NCBI GenBank assembly: GCA_033549025.1
Contig: JAWSUS010000001.1
Coordinates: 75,590-139,589 of the forward strand
Direction: 5' to 3'
Length of the DNA stretch: 64,000 nucleotides
Origin: Desulfuromonadales bacterium
GTDB lineage: Bacteria > Desulfobacterota > Desulfuromonadia > Desulfuromonadales > SZUA-540
The translations under genes were made by a program, and so were the position numbers. Numbering within the stretch: position 1 is the first letter of the stretch; the number at the start of each line of letters is the position of its first letter. The notes below the pieces were generated by a model. It was given only the letters and a program-made list of their open reading frames with translations. It searched no databases and was not told where the DNA came from. This document shows, piece by piece, positions 20,310 through 28,204 of the stretch.

Positions 20310-20804
20310 TCAGAGATCCCTATCCTGCAATCCACCGATTTTCAGAACGGCCTGCCATTCTTCCGGGCGCACGGGCTGCACGGAAAGGCGATTTCCTTTT
20401 TTAAGGACATCCATCCCCCGAAGTACCGGATGAACCTGCAGTTCGCTTCGTGTCAGCGGGTGCGGCAGAGGGGTCACATATTGCACGTCCACCATAAACC
20501 AGATGGGATTTTCCTCGCTGGCCCGTGGATCGAAATGATCACTGCGCGGGTCGAGCGCCGTATGGTCGGGATAACCTTCGTGGACCACCCGGGCAAGACC
20601 GACAATAGCCGGTTCCTTGATATTGCTGTGGTAAAACAGCACCCCATCCCCCGCCTGGATCTCATCCCGCAAAAAGTTCCGGGCCTGATAATTACGCACA
20701 CCATCCCAATGCTCGGTGCCGTTGGGACGATTTTCCAGATCGGCAAAGGAGAAACACTCCGGTTCCGATTTCATCAGCCAGTAGCGTCTGGTCGGCATTT
20801 GCAC
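20310..20804 (-). CDS. EVE-domain protein
   Basis: YWLMKSEP, WDGVRNYQARN, FYHS, RLSVQPV. Confidence 0.93.
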   Translation of the reverse strand: MQMPTRRYWLMKSEPECFSFADLENRPNGTEHWDGVRNYQARNFLRDEIQAGDGVLFYHSNIKEPAIVGLARVVHEGYPDHTALDPRSDHFDPRASEENPIWFMVDVQYVTPLPHPLTRSELQVHPVLRGMDVLKKGNRLSVQPVRPEEWQAVLKIGGLQDRDL

Positions 20805-20887
20805 ATTCTCCTTGAAAACTGATTAAGGATACCAGGAACTTAGAGTTTTTCAATGCCTTATGCCCGATACCGGCTAAAGACAGGGAA

Positions 20888-20916
20888 TTGCTTTTTCAGC
20901 GGCGGTGATTTATGAT
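20888..20916 (+). promoter_or_regulatory. Putative sigma70 promoter for the FmdB-like gene
   Basis: TTGCTT-N17-TATGAT. Confidence 0.55.
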
Positions 20917-20948
20917 ACGCCCCTTTGAATAAAGGAAAGGAGACCATC

Positions 20949-21137
20949 ATGCCAATCTTCGAGTACCAGTGCCAAACCTGCGGGCAGATCTTCGAAAAAA
21001 TCCGTTCAGCCCCTTCGGAGCATGAAAAATGCCCCAAGTGTGACGGTGTCGCCGTCCGTAAGGTTTCCATGACCGCCGCGTCACCTTCGTCGTCATCGTC
21101 CCCCGCTCCCGCCTGCGGCAGTGGCGGCTTCAGTTGA
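20949..21137 (+). CDS. FmdB-family zinc-ribbon protein
   Basis: MPIFEYQCQTCG...CPKCDG; RBS AAGGAG upstream of ATG 20949. Confidence 0.88.
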   Translation: MPIFEYQCQTCGQIFEKIRSAPSEHEKCPKCDGVAVRKVSMTAASPSSSSSPAPACGSGGFS

Positions 21138-21176
21138 GCCTGATACTGCGGCGGAGTTTCCGCTGCATCTGAAATG

Positions 21177-21208
21177 AAAAGGAGGATCCTCGCGGATCCT
21201 CCTTTTTT
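21177..21208. terminator. Bidirectional intrinsic terminator
   Basis: aaaaggaggatcc-tcgc-ggatcctcctttttt between convergent genes. Confidence 0.88.
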
Positions 21209-21214
21209 ATGGTT

Positions 21215-22639
21215 CTAAGCTCCCTGCACGAAGTTGGCGGCGGCCTTCATCAGGCCGTCCAGGTCATCCTGACTGCCCGCCTCTCCATAGACACGAACCA
21301 CCGGCTCGGTGCCCGATTTACGGAAAAGCACCCAGGAACCGTCGGCAAAGAGGAATTTGCAGCCATCGATGGTGATGACCTGCTCTACCGGCTTGCCCGC
21401 CACCGCCTTGGGCGGATTCTGGAGTTTGCCCGGCAGGGACGCCTCCAGGTCGGGGCTCAGATGGATATTTACCCGCCGGGTGTGAAACTCGCCGACGCGT
21501 CGATAGAGGTCCTGCAGCAGTTGCGTAAGGGTCTTTTTTTCGACCGCCACCATTTCCGCCACCAGCAGACAGGCCAGGATGCCATCCTTATCGGGCACAT
21601 GTCCCCGGATGGTGAGCCCGGCACTCTCCTCGCCGCCGAAGAGAATACGATCGTCGCGAATGAACTCGCCGATGAACTTGAAACCTACCGGCGTTTCCAG
21701 CACGTCAAGCCCATGATATCTGGCCACGGCATCGATGAAATGGGAGGTGGCCACGGAGCGGGCCGCTGCCCCTTTCATCCCCTTGACCCGCACCATGTAG
21801 TCGAGCAGCAGCGCGAGCACATAATTGGGCTCAATGAACGTGCCATCGGCATCGACAATACCGTAACGGTCCGCGTCGCCGTCGGTAGCCAACCCAAGTC
21901 CGATCTCCTCATCCTCACGGACCCTTTTGATGAAATCTCCGATGCTGCTGGCCGAAGGCTCCGGCGGGAGGCCGCCGAAATAGGGATCGCGATGATCATT
22001 CATGGTGACGACTTTGACGCCGGCTTCCTGCAACAGGGTGTCGAGATAGCCCCGCCCCGTTCCGTAGAGCGGATTGACGGCCAGCACCAGCCCACTGCGG
22101 CCAATAACCGGCAGATCGACCAGTTTGCGGATAGCGGCGAAATAATCGGCCCGGGGGTCGATCTCTTCAATCAGACCGGCGCGAAAAGCCTGGTCAAGAG
22201 GCATCTGACGATAGCAGACCTCGCCGAGCATGGCATTGGCCCGATCTTCAATATCCCGGGTCGTCTCAGGCAGCGCCGGGCCACCCCAGGCCGGAGAAAA
22301 CTTCAGGCCGTTGTAGTCGTACGGATTATGGCTGGCCGTGAAGTTGATGCCGCCGGCAGCCTTCCGGCGCAGGATTTCAAAAGCAATAACAGGCGTCGGC
22401 GTGTCCCGGTCGCACAGAAAGGTCTTGATGCCGGCACCGGCCAGCACCCGGGCGGTCTCCCGGGCGAACCGCTCCCCCATGAATCGGGCGTCGTAACCGA
22501 CCACCACCCCCTGAGAGCCAATTTTTTGGGCATTGAGATGATCGGCAATAGCCTGGGTCACCACCCGCACATTCTCAAAGGTGAAATCCTCACAGAATAT
22601 CCCCCGCCAACCGGAGGTGCCGAAACTGATACGGTTCAT
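21215..22639 (-). CDS. Phosphoglucomutase/phosphomannomutase family protein
   Basis: FGTSGWRG, TASHNP, DGDADR, GEESAG, RKSGTEP. Start moved to ATG 22639. Confidence 0.93.
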   Translation of the reverse strand: MNRISFGTSGWRGIFCEDFTFENVRVVTQAIADHLNAQKIGSQGVVVGYDARFMGERFARETARVLAGAGIKTFLCDRDTPTPVIAFEILRRKAAGGINFTASHNPYDYNGLKFSPAWGGPALPETTRDIEDRANAMLGEVCYRQMPLDQAFRAGLIEEIDPRADYFAAIRKLVDLPVIGRSGLVLAVNPLYGTGRGYLDTLLQEAGVKVVTMNDHRDPYFGGLPPEPSASSIGDFIKRVREDEEIGLGLATDGDADRYGIVDADGTFIEPNYVLALLLDYMVRVKGMKGAAARSVATSHFIDAVARYHGLDVLETPVGFKFIGEFIRDDRILFGGEESAGLTIRGHVPDKDGILACLLVAEMVAVEKKTLTQLLQDLYRRVGEFHTRRVNIHLSPDLEASLPGKLQNPPKAVAGKPVEQVITIDGCKFLFADGSWVLFRKSGTEPVVRVYGEAGSQDDLDGLMKAAANFVQGA

Positions 22640-22723
22640 AGATGGAATCCTTCCTAATATTAGGTGTGACACTCAGTCATAGCATAGCAGATTGACCTGA
22701 ACATGAAAGGTCGTGATGCCGCC

Positions 22724-23014
22724 TTACGAAGGGTCCTCGTCGCTCCACAATCGGGGCGCCCGGTAATTATCGTGACCGGCCACATAAGGGCAGTCGGCCG
22801 GCAGAATGCCCTGTTCGAATATCTCGGCCGTTAATGGCACACAGCCGGGCCGGGCTTCATGTCGGCGGTCGTAGACGGTGCAGAGGCGGGTATTGAGATC
22901 CAGAAACTCGCAGGGCTCGTCCGTATAGAAGATGTCCCCATCGTAGTCGACCTTTTCATAGCAGCAGCGACCACAACGGCGGCAGACAGCTTCCCAGGAT
23001 GTTTTGTCCATCAT
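22724..23014 (-). CDS. YcgN/YkgJ-type cysteine-cluster protein
   Basis: WEAVCRRCGRCCYEK...CEFLD...CTVY...C...LPADCPY; RBS GGAGG before ATG 23014. Confidence 0.82.
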   Translation of the reverse strand: MMDKTSWEAVCRRCGRCCYEKVDYDGDIFYTDEPCEFLDLNTRLCTVYDRRHEARPGCVPLTAEIFEQGILPADCPYVAGHDNYRAPRLWSDEDPS

Positions 23015-23154
23015 TGATAGTGTTCCTCCCCGGCGCCGGCCAAGACTAGCCGAGACGACGACCGAGGTCAACCGGCAAAACATTGGCCGCCGCGGAACTT
23101 TCTGAAAACAGGTCGCGGCAGACCTCGAAAAAGAACCGGACGACCAATTTGTCG

Positions 23155-23183
23155 TTGACATAGGCAGAAAAAAGCGTTAAGAA
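23155..23183 (+). promoter_or_regulatory. Putative sigma70 promoter for the PxxKW gene
   Basis: TTGACA-N17-TAAGAA. Confidence 0.6.
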
Positions 23184-23229
23184 TTCAGTTTCAGATCAGG
23201 AACAACAGCAAACCAAGGAGGCAACATCC

Positions 23230-23517
23230 ATGCAGTGTCAAACTGTTCTTCCCGGTACCGAGTGTACCTTTTGGGCCAAAAAAGGCTGTATTTTTCAGGG
23301 CGGTTCCTGCCAGAACGTCGTTGAAGAGTGCCAGGGCTGCGAGCGCATCGTCAAGGGTTCCATCGGTGAAGTCTGCTCCGTAGCACCCTCCCCCAAACAG
23401 AAATGGGTTGGCGGCCTGTGCAATTTCGCCACGCACCGCAAAGTGGAGATTCAGAGCGTCGAGACCAAGATGAATCCCCTCAAGGCTTCGAAAAAGGCAG
23501 CGGGCAAAAAGAAGTAA
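23230..23517 (+). CDS. PxxKW-family cysteine-rich protein
   Basis: Multiple Cys, PKQKW, CNFATH, NPLKASKK; strong RBS AAGGAGG. Confidence 0.85.
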   Translation: MQCQTVLPGTECTFWAKKGCIFQGGSCQNVVEECQGCERIVKGSIGEVCSVAPSPKQKWVGGLCNFATHRKVEIQSVETKMNPLKASKKAAGKKK

Positions 23518-23544
23518 AACGGTTCAACTTTCAGTGGTTTCCTC

Positions 23545-23575
23545 GGGCAGGCGCTTCCGGCGCCTGCCTTTTTTT
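23545..23575 (+). terminator. Intrinsic terminator
   Basis: gggcaggcgc-ttccg-gcgcctgcc followed by T7. Confidence 0.85.
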
Positions 23576-23583
23576 ATTCCTTC

Positions 23584-24279
23584 TCAACCGAAAAGGACAA
23601 AAAGCAGAGGAATCAAAAAGGCCGAAACAAGACCATTGAGTCCGATGGCCAGGCCGGCCATGGCACCCCCCAATTGCCCGATCTCCAGCATCCGCGAAGT
23701 GCCGATCCCATGGGCGGCCGTTCCCACCGCCAGGCCGATAGCCGCCTCGTCGCGAATGCCAATCAGTCGGCAGAATTCAGGCCCGAAAACAGCGCCCAGA
23801 CAACCGGTCATGACCACCAGGGCGGCTGTCAGGGGGGCTATCCCGCCGATTTTTTCCACAATACCGATGGCAATGGGAGTCGTTACCGACTTGGGCGCCA
23901 GCGACAACACCACCTCTCTGCTCCCCCCCAGAAGCCAGGCAATACCCGAGGCCGAGACGGCCGAGGCCAGAGCCCCGGCGAAGACACCGGCAAGAATCGG
24001 TCCCTTTTTCTCCAGGATTTCAGCCCGGCGTGCATAGAGGGGAATGGCTAGGGCTACCACGGCGGGCCCCAGAAAAAAGAGGATAATGCGACCGCCTTCG
24101 GCATAGGCCTCATAGGAAACGCCAGCCCCTTTCAGAAAAAGGATAATCGTCAGAATCGACACCAACACCGGATTGAGCAGCAGGTAGCCAGAGCGCCGGT
24201 ATAGCCATTGCGCGATGGCATAAAAGCCCAGAGTCACCATGATGCCGAACAGAGGGGTTGCGACCAGTTCATTCCACAT
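23584..24279 (-). CDS. LrgB/CidB-family membrane protein
   Basis: LGPAVVALAIPLY, SLAPKSVTTPIA, GTAAHGIGT. Start moved to ATG 24279. Confidence 0.92.
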   Translation of the reverse strand: MWNELVATPLFGIMVTLGFYAIAQWLYRRSGYLLLNPVLVSILTIILFLKGAGVSYEAYAEGGRIILFFLGPAVVALAIPLYARRAEILEKKGPILAGVFAGALASAVSASGIAWLLGGSREVVLSLAPKSVTTPIAIGIVEKIGGIAPLTAALVVMTGCLGAVFGPEFCRLIGIRDEAAIGLAVGTAAHGIGTSRMLEIGQLGGAMAGLAIGLNGLVSAFLIPLLFVLFG

Positions 24280-24622
24280 GCCGCCTCCCCTTTCTGGCAA
24301 CGAGGGATTCCGTCCAGGCCGTTACCGCCATGACCACAAAGGTGCTGATGACGGTGGCCGCGACGATAGGGAGCCACTGCCTGGCGATGAGGTCCAGGTA
24401 GACCATGACCCCGACCCCGGCCGGCACAAACAGCAGAGCCAGGTGCGAAAGGAGCAGGTCAGCCGCCTCCTGCACCCATTCCAGCCGCACGATACCCAGA
24501 CCCAGCGCCACAAGCAGAAGCCCCATCCCCAGCACATTGCCCGGGATAGGGATATCCAGTCCCCTGGATATGATTTCACCGACAAACTGCATGACCAGCA
24601 GTATAGACAGGCCTTTGACCAC
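24269..24622 (-). CDS. CidA/LrgA-family membrane protein
   Basis: PIPGNVLGM, LLFVPAGVGV; paired with the LrgB-family gene. Confidence 0.92.
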   Translation of the reverse strand: MVKGLSILLVMQFVGEIISRGLDIPIPGNVLGMGLLLVALGLGIVRLEWVQEAADLLLSHLALLFVPAGVGVMVYLDLIARQWLPIVAATVISTFVVMAVTAWTESLVARKGRRHVE

Positions 24623-24651
24623 CGATTCCCCCTCTTCCCCGCCGTCGGCGC

Positions 24652-25437
24652 CTAAAGCTCTTCTTTGAGACCGGCAATCACGGCAGCCACTTCCTCCCGG
24701 ATATCCCGCGAAGATTCGGCGCGTTCATGCAACAGAAACTCTTGAAAATACTGTAGAGCCAATCGGGTCTTCTCTTGATCGAGATAGAGGTTGCCCAGGG
24801 TCAGGTAAGCGAAGGACAGGCCCGGATCGAGACGGACTGCTTCGCGGCACTCCCGTTCAGCCGCCGGCAGATCGCCCAGGTCGTAGGCCATTTCGCCAAG
24901 GTTTAAATGGGCCTGGGCATCTTCCGGATCCAGCTCAACGGCTTTCTGGTAGCAGGTTAGGGCTTCGTCGTTTTCGCCCCTGCCATAGAGGGTATCGCCC
25001 AGACAGTTGAGGGCGAAAACCGAGTCAGGCTCCACCGTCAGCGCTTTTCGGTAGCACCTCTCCGCCTCCTCCATCTGCTCCAGATGAAAATACACCAGGC
25101 CGAGGCTTACCAGGGCATCGGATTGGGCCGGATCGACTTCAAGAATCTGCTTATAGGCATTGCGGGCCTGGTCGTTCATGCCCTGCTCGAAATAAAGATC
25201 CCCCAAGGCGTAAAGCGCCTCCAGATGATGGGGATCCTCCTTCAAAATACGCTCATAAACCTGGAGAGCCTCTTTGATCTGTGCATCCTCGGCCAAGGCC
25301 TCGCCCAGAAGTTCCTGAACCTCGATGGAAGACGGATCCTCCTGAAGTGCCTGCCGAAAGAGGCGGATGGCCTCGCGGAATTCGCCGACATCCATCGCTT
25401 CACGCCCCTTGTTAAGCCACTGCTCGATAGAATTCAT
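24652..25437 (-). CDS. Tetratricopeptide-repeat protein
   Basis: Consecutive TPR units (ALYALGDLY, ALVSLGLVY, AHLNLG, AYLTLGNLY). Start moved to ATG 25437. Confidence 0.88.
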   Translation of the reverse strand: MNSIEQWLNKGREAMDVGEFREAIRLFRQALQEDPSSIEVQELLGEALAEDAQIKEALQVYERILKEDPHHLEALYALGDLYFEQGMNDQARNAYKQILEVDPAQSDALVSLGLVYFHLEQMEEAERCYRKALTVEPDSVFALNCLGDTLYGRGENDEALTCYQKAVELDPEDAQAHLNLGEMAYDLGDLPAAERECREAVRLDPGLSFAYLTLGNLYLDQEKTRLALQYFQEFLLHERAESSRDIREEVAAVIAGLKEEL

Positions 25438-25471
25438 GCTGATTGTTCTCCTGATTGGAAAGAAAGGTTCG

Positions 25472-26767
25472 TTAATGGCTGGGCGGCAAGGATTCCAGGG
25501 CTTCCAGCAATCCCCAGGGGCTGGTAGGCACGCGGCACACGGAAACCCCCAGGGACTCGGCAAGCTGCGTCAGGCTGAAATCATCGAGAAAAACGTCTTC
25601 GCCTTCCTTGAGCACCACATCGGGAACTATCAGGCAGCGACCGAGGGCCTTGCCCGTCAGTTGCGCAACGACGTCCCGGCCGGTCAGCAGACCGGTGACG
25701 GTCACCTGCCCCCCGAAGAAATCGTTGCGGATGGCAAAGACCTGGATCGCAATACCGGTGCGCCGGGCCAGCCCCTGAGCGAAGGTCTCGATTTCCAGCA
25801 AGGCCGATTCCCCGGTGATGACCGACACGGTCCCCGAGCCGAGATGGCCTGCTTCGGCCAGGACATCTGCCGCTTCAAGGCGAAAGAGCGGGATGAGGCC
25901 GACGCCATTTTCCAGCTGGGCCAGATCCTCATAGTCTTCCAGCGGGGGAAAATCCAGGGCCGCTTTAAGGTAAAATTCATCGGCGGCATAGACAAAACGT
26001 GAGCCGCCCTGCTCAAGAAATCTCTGCTGGAAATCGTGCACCCGGCTCACGAGGTCGTTCGCTTCCTGTTGCGTGGGAGGGCGCAGATCCGGCAGACGTT
26101 CACGGTATCCCGTCAGTCCCACCGGCACCACCGCCAGGGAGAGAATTCCCGGTCGCAGCGCGTAGAGGTCGGCAATGGTGCGGTCCAGTTCTTCGCCATC
26201 GTTGTACCCGGGACAGACCACGATCTGGGTATGAAGCTCGATGCCGCCATCGCACAGACGCTTGAGCAGAGGCAGAATGGCCGGTCCCTGACGGCCAATC
26301 ATGCGCGTCCGCAGATCCTCCTCCGTCGCGTGCACGGAGACATAAAGAGGCGAGAGGCGCTGGTCGAGAATCCGCTGAATTTCACTCTCCTCGATATTGG
26401 TCAGGGTAACATAAGAACCATAAAGATAGGAGAAGCGGTAATCCTCGTCCTTGACATAGAGGGTCGGTCGCATTTTGGGCGGCAGCTGATGAACGAAACA
26501 GAAAATGCAGTTGTTGCCGCACTGCACGGGGGCCGGATGCTCCAAATGAATACCCAGACCATCCTCCAGGTCTTTTTCAAACTCAAGATCCCAGAGCTCG
26601 CCATTTTTTTTGCGTACTTCCAGCAGCAGCTCTTCCGTTGCCACATAAATCTGATAATCAAGCAGATCGCGGACGGGCTGGCCGTTCATAGACAAGAGAA
26701 CGTCGCCGACCTCCAGTTCCAATTCTTCCGCGATACTGCCTTCGTCCACCCCTATGATTTCAACCAC
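25472..26767 (-). CDS. PDZ + radical-SAM-like DUF512 protein
   Basis: N-terminal PDZ-like segment (GSIAEELELEVGD), CGNNCIFCFVHQLP, LYVKDEDYR, QLENGVG, VTVTGLLTG. Confidence 0.88.
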   Translation of the reverse strand: MVEIIGVDEGSIAEELELEVGDVLLSMNGQPVRDLLDYQIYVATEELLLEVRKKNGELWDLEFEKDLEDGLGIHLEHPAPVQCGNNCIFCFVHQLPPKMRPTLYVKDEDYRFSYLYGSYVTLTNIEESEIQRILDQRLSPLYVSVHATEEDLRTRMIGRQGPAILPLLKRLCDGGIELHTQIVVCPGYNDGEELDRTIADLYALRPGILSLAVVPVGLTGYRERLPDLRPPTQQEANDLVSRVHDFQQRFLEQGGSRFVYAADEFYLKAALDFPPLEDYEDLAQLENGVGLIPLFRLEAADVLAEAGHLGSGTVSVITGESALLEIETFAQGLARRTGIAIQVFAIRNDFFGGQVTVTGLLTGRDVVAQLTGKALGRCLIVPDVVLKEGEDVFLDDFSLTQLAESLGVSVCRVPTSPWGLLEALESLPPSH

Positions 26768-26861
26768 CGGCAGATTCCTCTTCTGGACACCTCTGGGGAT
26801 CGGTCATGATCCCCCCAAAATGCCCCGTACCAATAAATCCTGTTTAACCAACATGCTTCCC

Positions 26862-26922
26862 AAAAAGAAAAAGACCCCAGCAAGGAGGTCTTGGTCTTAC
26901 CACGATAACGGCCTGTTTTCAA
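26862..26922 (-). promoter_or_regulatory. Putative promoter overlapped by a terminator-like hairpin upstream of the DUF512 gene
   Basis: TTGAAA-N17-TAAGAC (26922-26894), then AAGACCTC/GGGGTCTT stem and TTTCTTTTT. Confidence 0.45.
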
Positions 26923-26956
26923 CGAATAGTGCCGACACGAAGAAGTGCCGGTTGAC

Positions 26957-26981
26957 CCGGCAGGGCGTTTCACCCTGCCGG
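26957..26981. repeat. Palindrome CCGGCAGG-N9-CCTGCCGG (copy 1, after hfq)
   Basis: Read directly. Arms and spacer length are identical to the copy at 49031-49055. Confidence 0.7.
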
Positions 26982-27012
26982 GAAGAGACATCCGCCGGGA
27001 AAGCTTGCCGTG

Positions 27013-27246
27013 CTAGTCCTTGCCCCCATGGAGACGGAAGGAACCGTCCGCCGAGGTGATCGAACTGATGGCATGCTTGTAGAGCAGAATATCGCCGCTG
27101 CTTTCGACGAGCAGGCAAAAACTGTCGAAGGACTTGATATACCCGGTCAGTTTTTCACCGGACATCATCATGACGACTACCTTAACCCTCTCTTTGCGAG
27201 CCTGGTTGAGGTACTGATCCTGGATATTGAACGGGGTCTTGGCCAT
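27013..27246 (-). CDS. hfq: RNA chaperone Hfq
   Basis: NIQDQYLN, GYIKSFDSF, LLYKHAISSI; RBS AAGGAG; mutL-miaA-hfq order. Confidence 0.95.
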   Translation of the reverse strand: MAKTPFNIQDQYLNQARKERVKVVVMMMSGEKLTGYIKSFDSFCLLVESSGDILLYKHAISSITSADGSFRLHGGKD

Positions 27247-27256
27247 ATCCTCTCCT

Positions 27257-28204
27257 TTATGATGCGACATAGAAACATTCCATCAACGTGTGGATTTTAT
27301 CAGACTCCTTTGAGGAATCAACCCAAATAATAGAGGAATCTCGTCGGAACCAGGTGATTTGCCTTTTAGCGTAACGGCGGCTCTCCTGCTGAATCCGGGA
27401 TATGGCTTCTTCCAGGGAAAAGTCACCTTGCAAAAAACGGATAATCTCCCGGTAGCCGATCGTCTGCATCGACTTGAGGTGGGGCGAAAATCCCCGGGCG
27501 AGCAGTGCCTCGACCTCGGCAACCAGCCCTTCTGCCACCATCCGGTGCACCCTCTCGTCAATACGACGATACAAAGTGTCCCGGTCGGCCGTGACCCCGA
27601 TTTTAAGCAGGCGGAAGGGCGTTTCGGCAAAGCCATGCCTCGTCTGCAGGTCGGACAGCCGCTGCCCTGTCAATTCAAAGACTTCCAGGGCTCTGACAAT
27701 GCGCACCCGGTCTCGGGGGGAAAGCTTTTCGGCCAGGGCCGGGTCGACCCTCTGCAGCCGCGCATGGAGAGTTCCCTCCCCGTGCTGCTCTTCCAGATCG
27801 CTCAGGCGGGAGCGCAGCGCCTCGTCAGCACCTGGCGCGTCCAGCAATCCTTCCGTAAGCGTCTTAATATACAGACCGGTGCCCCCCACGAGCAGGGGAC
27901 GGTGACGACGACAGGCGATGGAAGATAAAGCCTCTTGGGACAGCGTTACAAAACGGCCGGCGGTAAACTCTTCGTCGGGATCGACGACATCGATCAGGTG
28001 ATGCGGAACGGCGGCTCGTTCCGAGCTGGTCGCTTTGGCCGTGCCGATATCCATCCCCCGGTAAACCTGACGGGAGTCCGCCGAGATGATTTCCACGGGA
28101 AAATTTTTGGCCACGTCCAAAGCCAGAGCGGTCTTCCCCGAAGCCGTCGGACCACAGATGACCACCAGGGGCTGTGGGCCGTCTTGAGAAAAATCAGCCG
28201 GCAT
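27257..28204 (-). CDS. miaA: tRNA dimethylallyltransferase
   Basis: GPTASGKT, SADSRQVY, VGGTGLY, YAKRQITW. Confidence 0.97.
   Translation of the reverse strand: MPADFSQDGPQPLVVICGPTASGKTALALDVAKNFPVEIISADSRQVYRGMDIGTAKATSSERAAVPHHLIDVVDPDEEFTAGRFVTLSQEALSSIACRRHRPLLVGGTGLYIKTLTEGLLDAPGADEALRSRLSDLEEQHGEGTLHARLQRVDPALAEKLSPRDRVRIVRALEVFELTGQRLSDLQTRHGFAETPFRLLKIGVTADRDTLYRRIDERVHRMVAEGLVAEVEALLARGFSPHLKSMQTIGYREIIRFLQGDFSLEEAISRIQQESRRYAKRQITWFRRDSSIIWVDSSKESDKIHTLMECFYVAS

Noticed and set aside
20310..20804. EVE-domain gene as part of a modification-dependent defence system
   Set aside because: It is a stand-alone EVE protein in a housekeeping context with no adjacent nuclease or toxin.
23584..24622. 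cidA/lrgB as a prophage lysis cassette
   Set aside because: There are no phage genes nearby, and this family is a common chromosomal membrane module.
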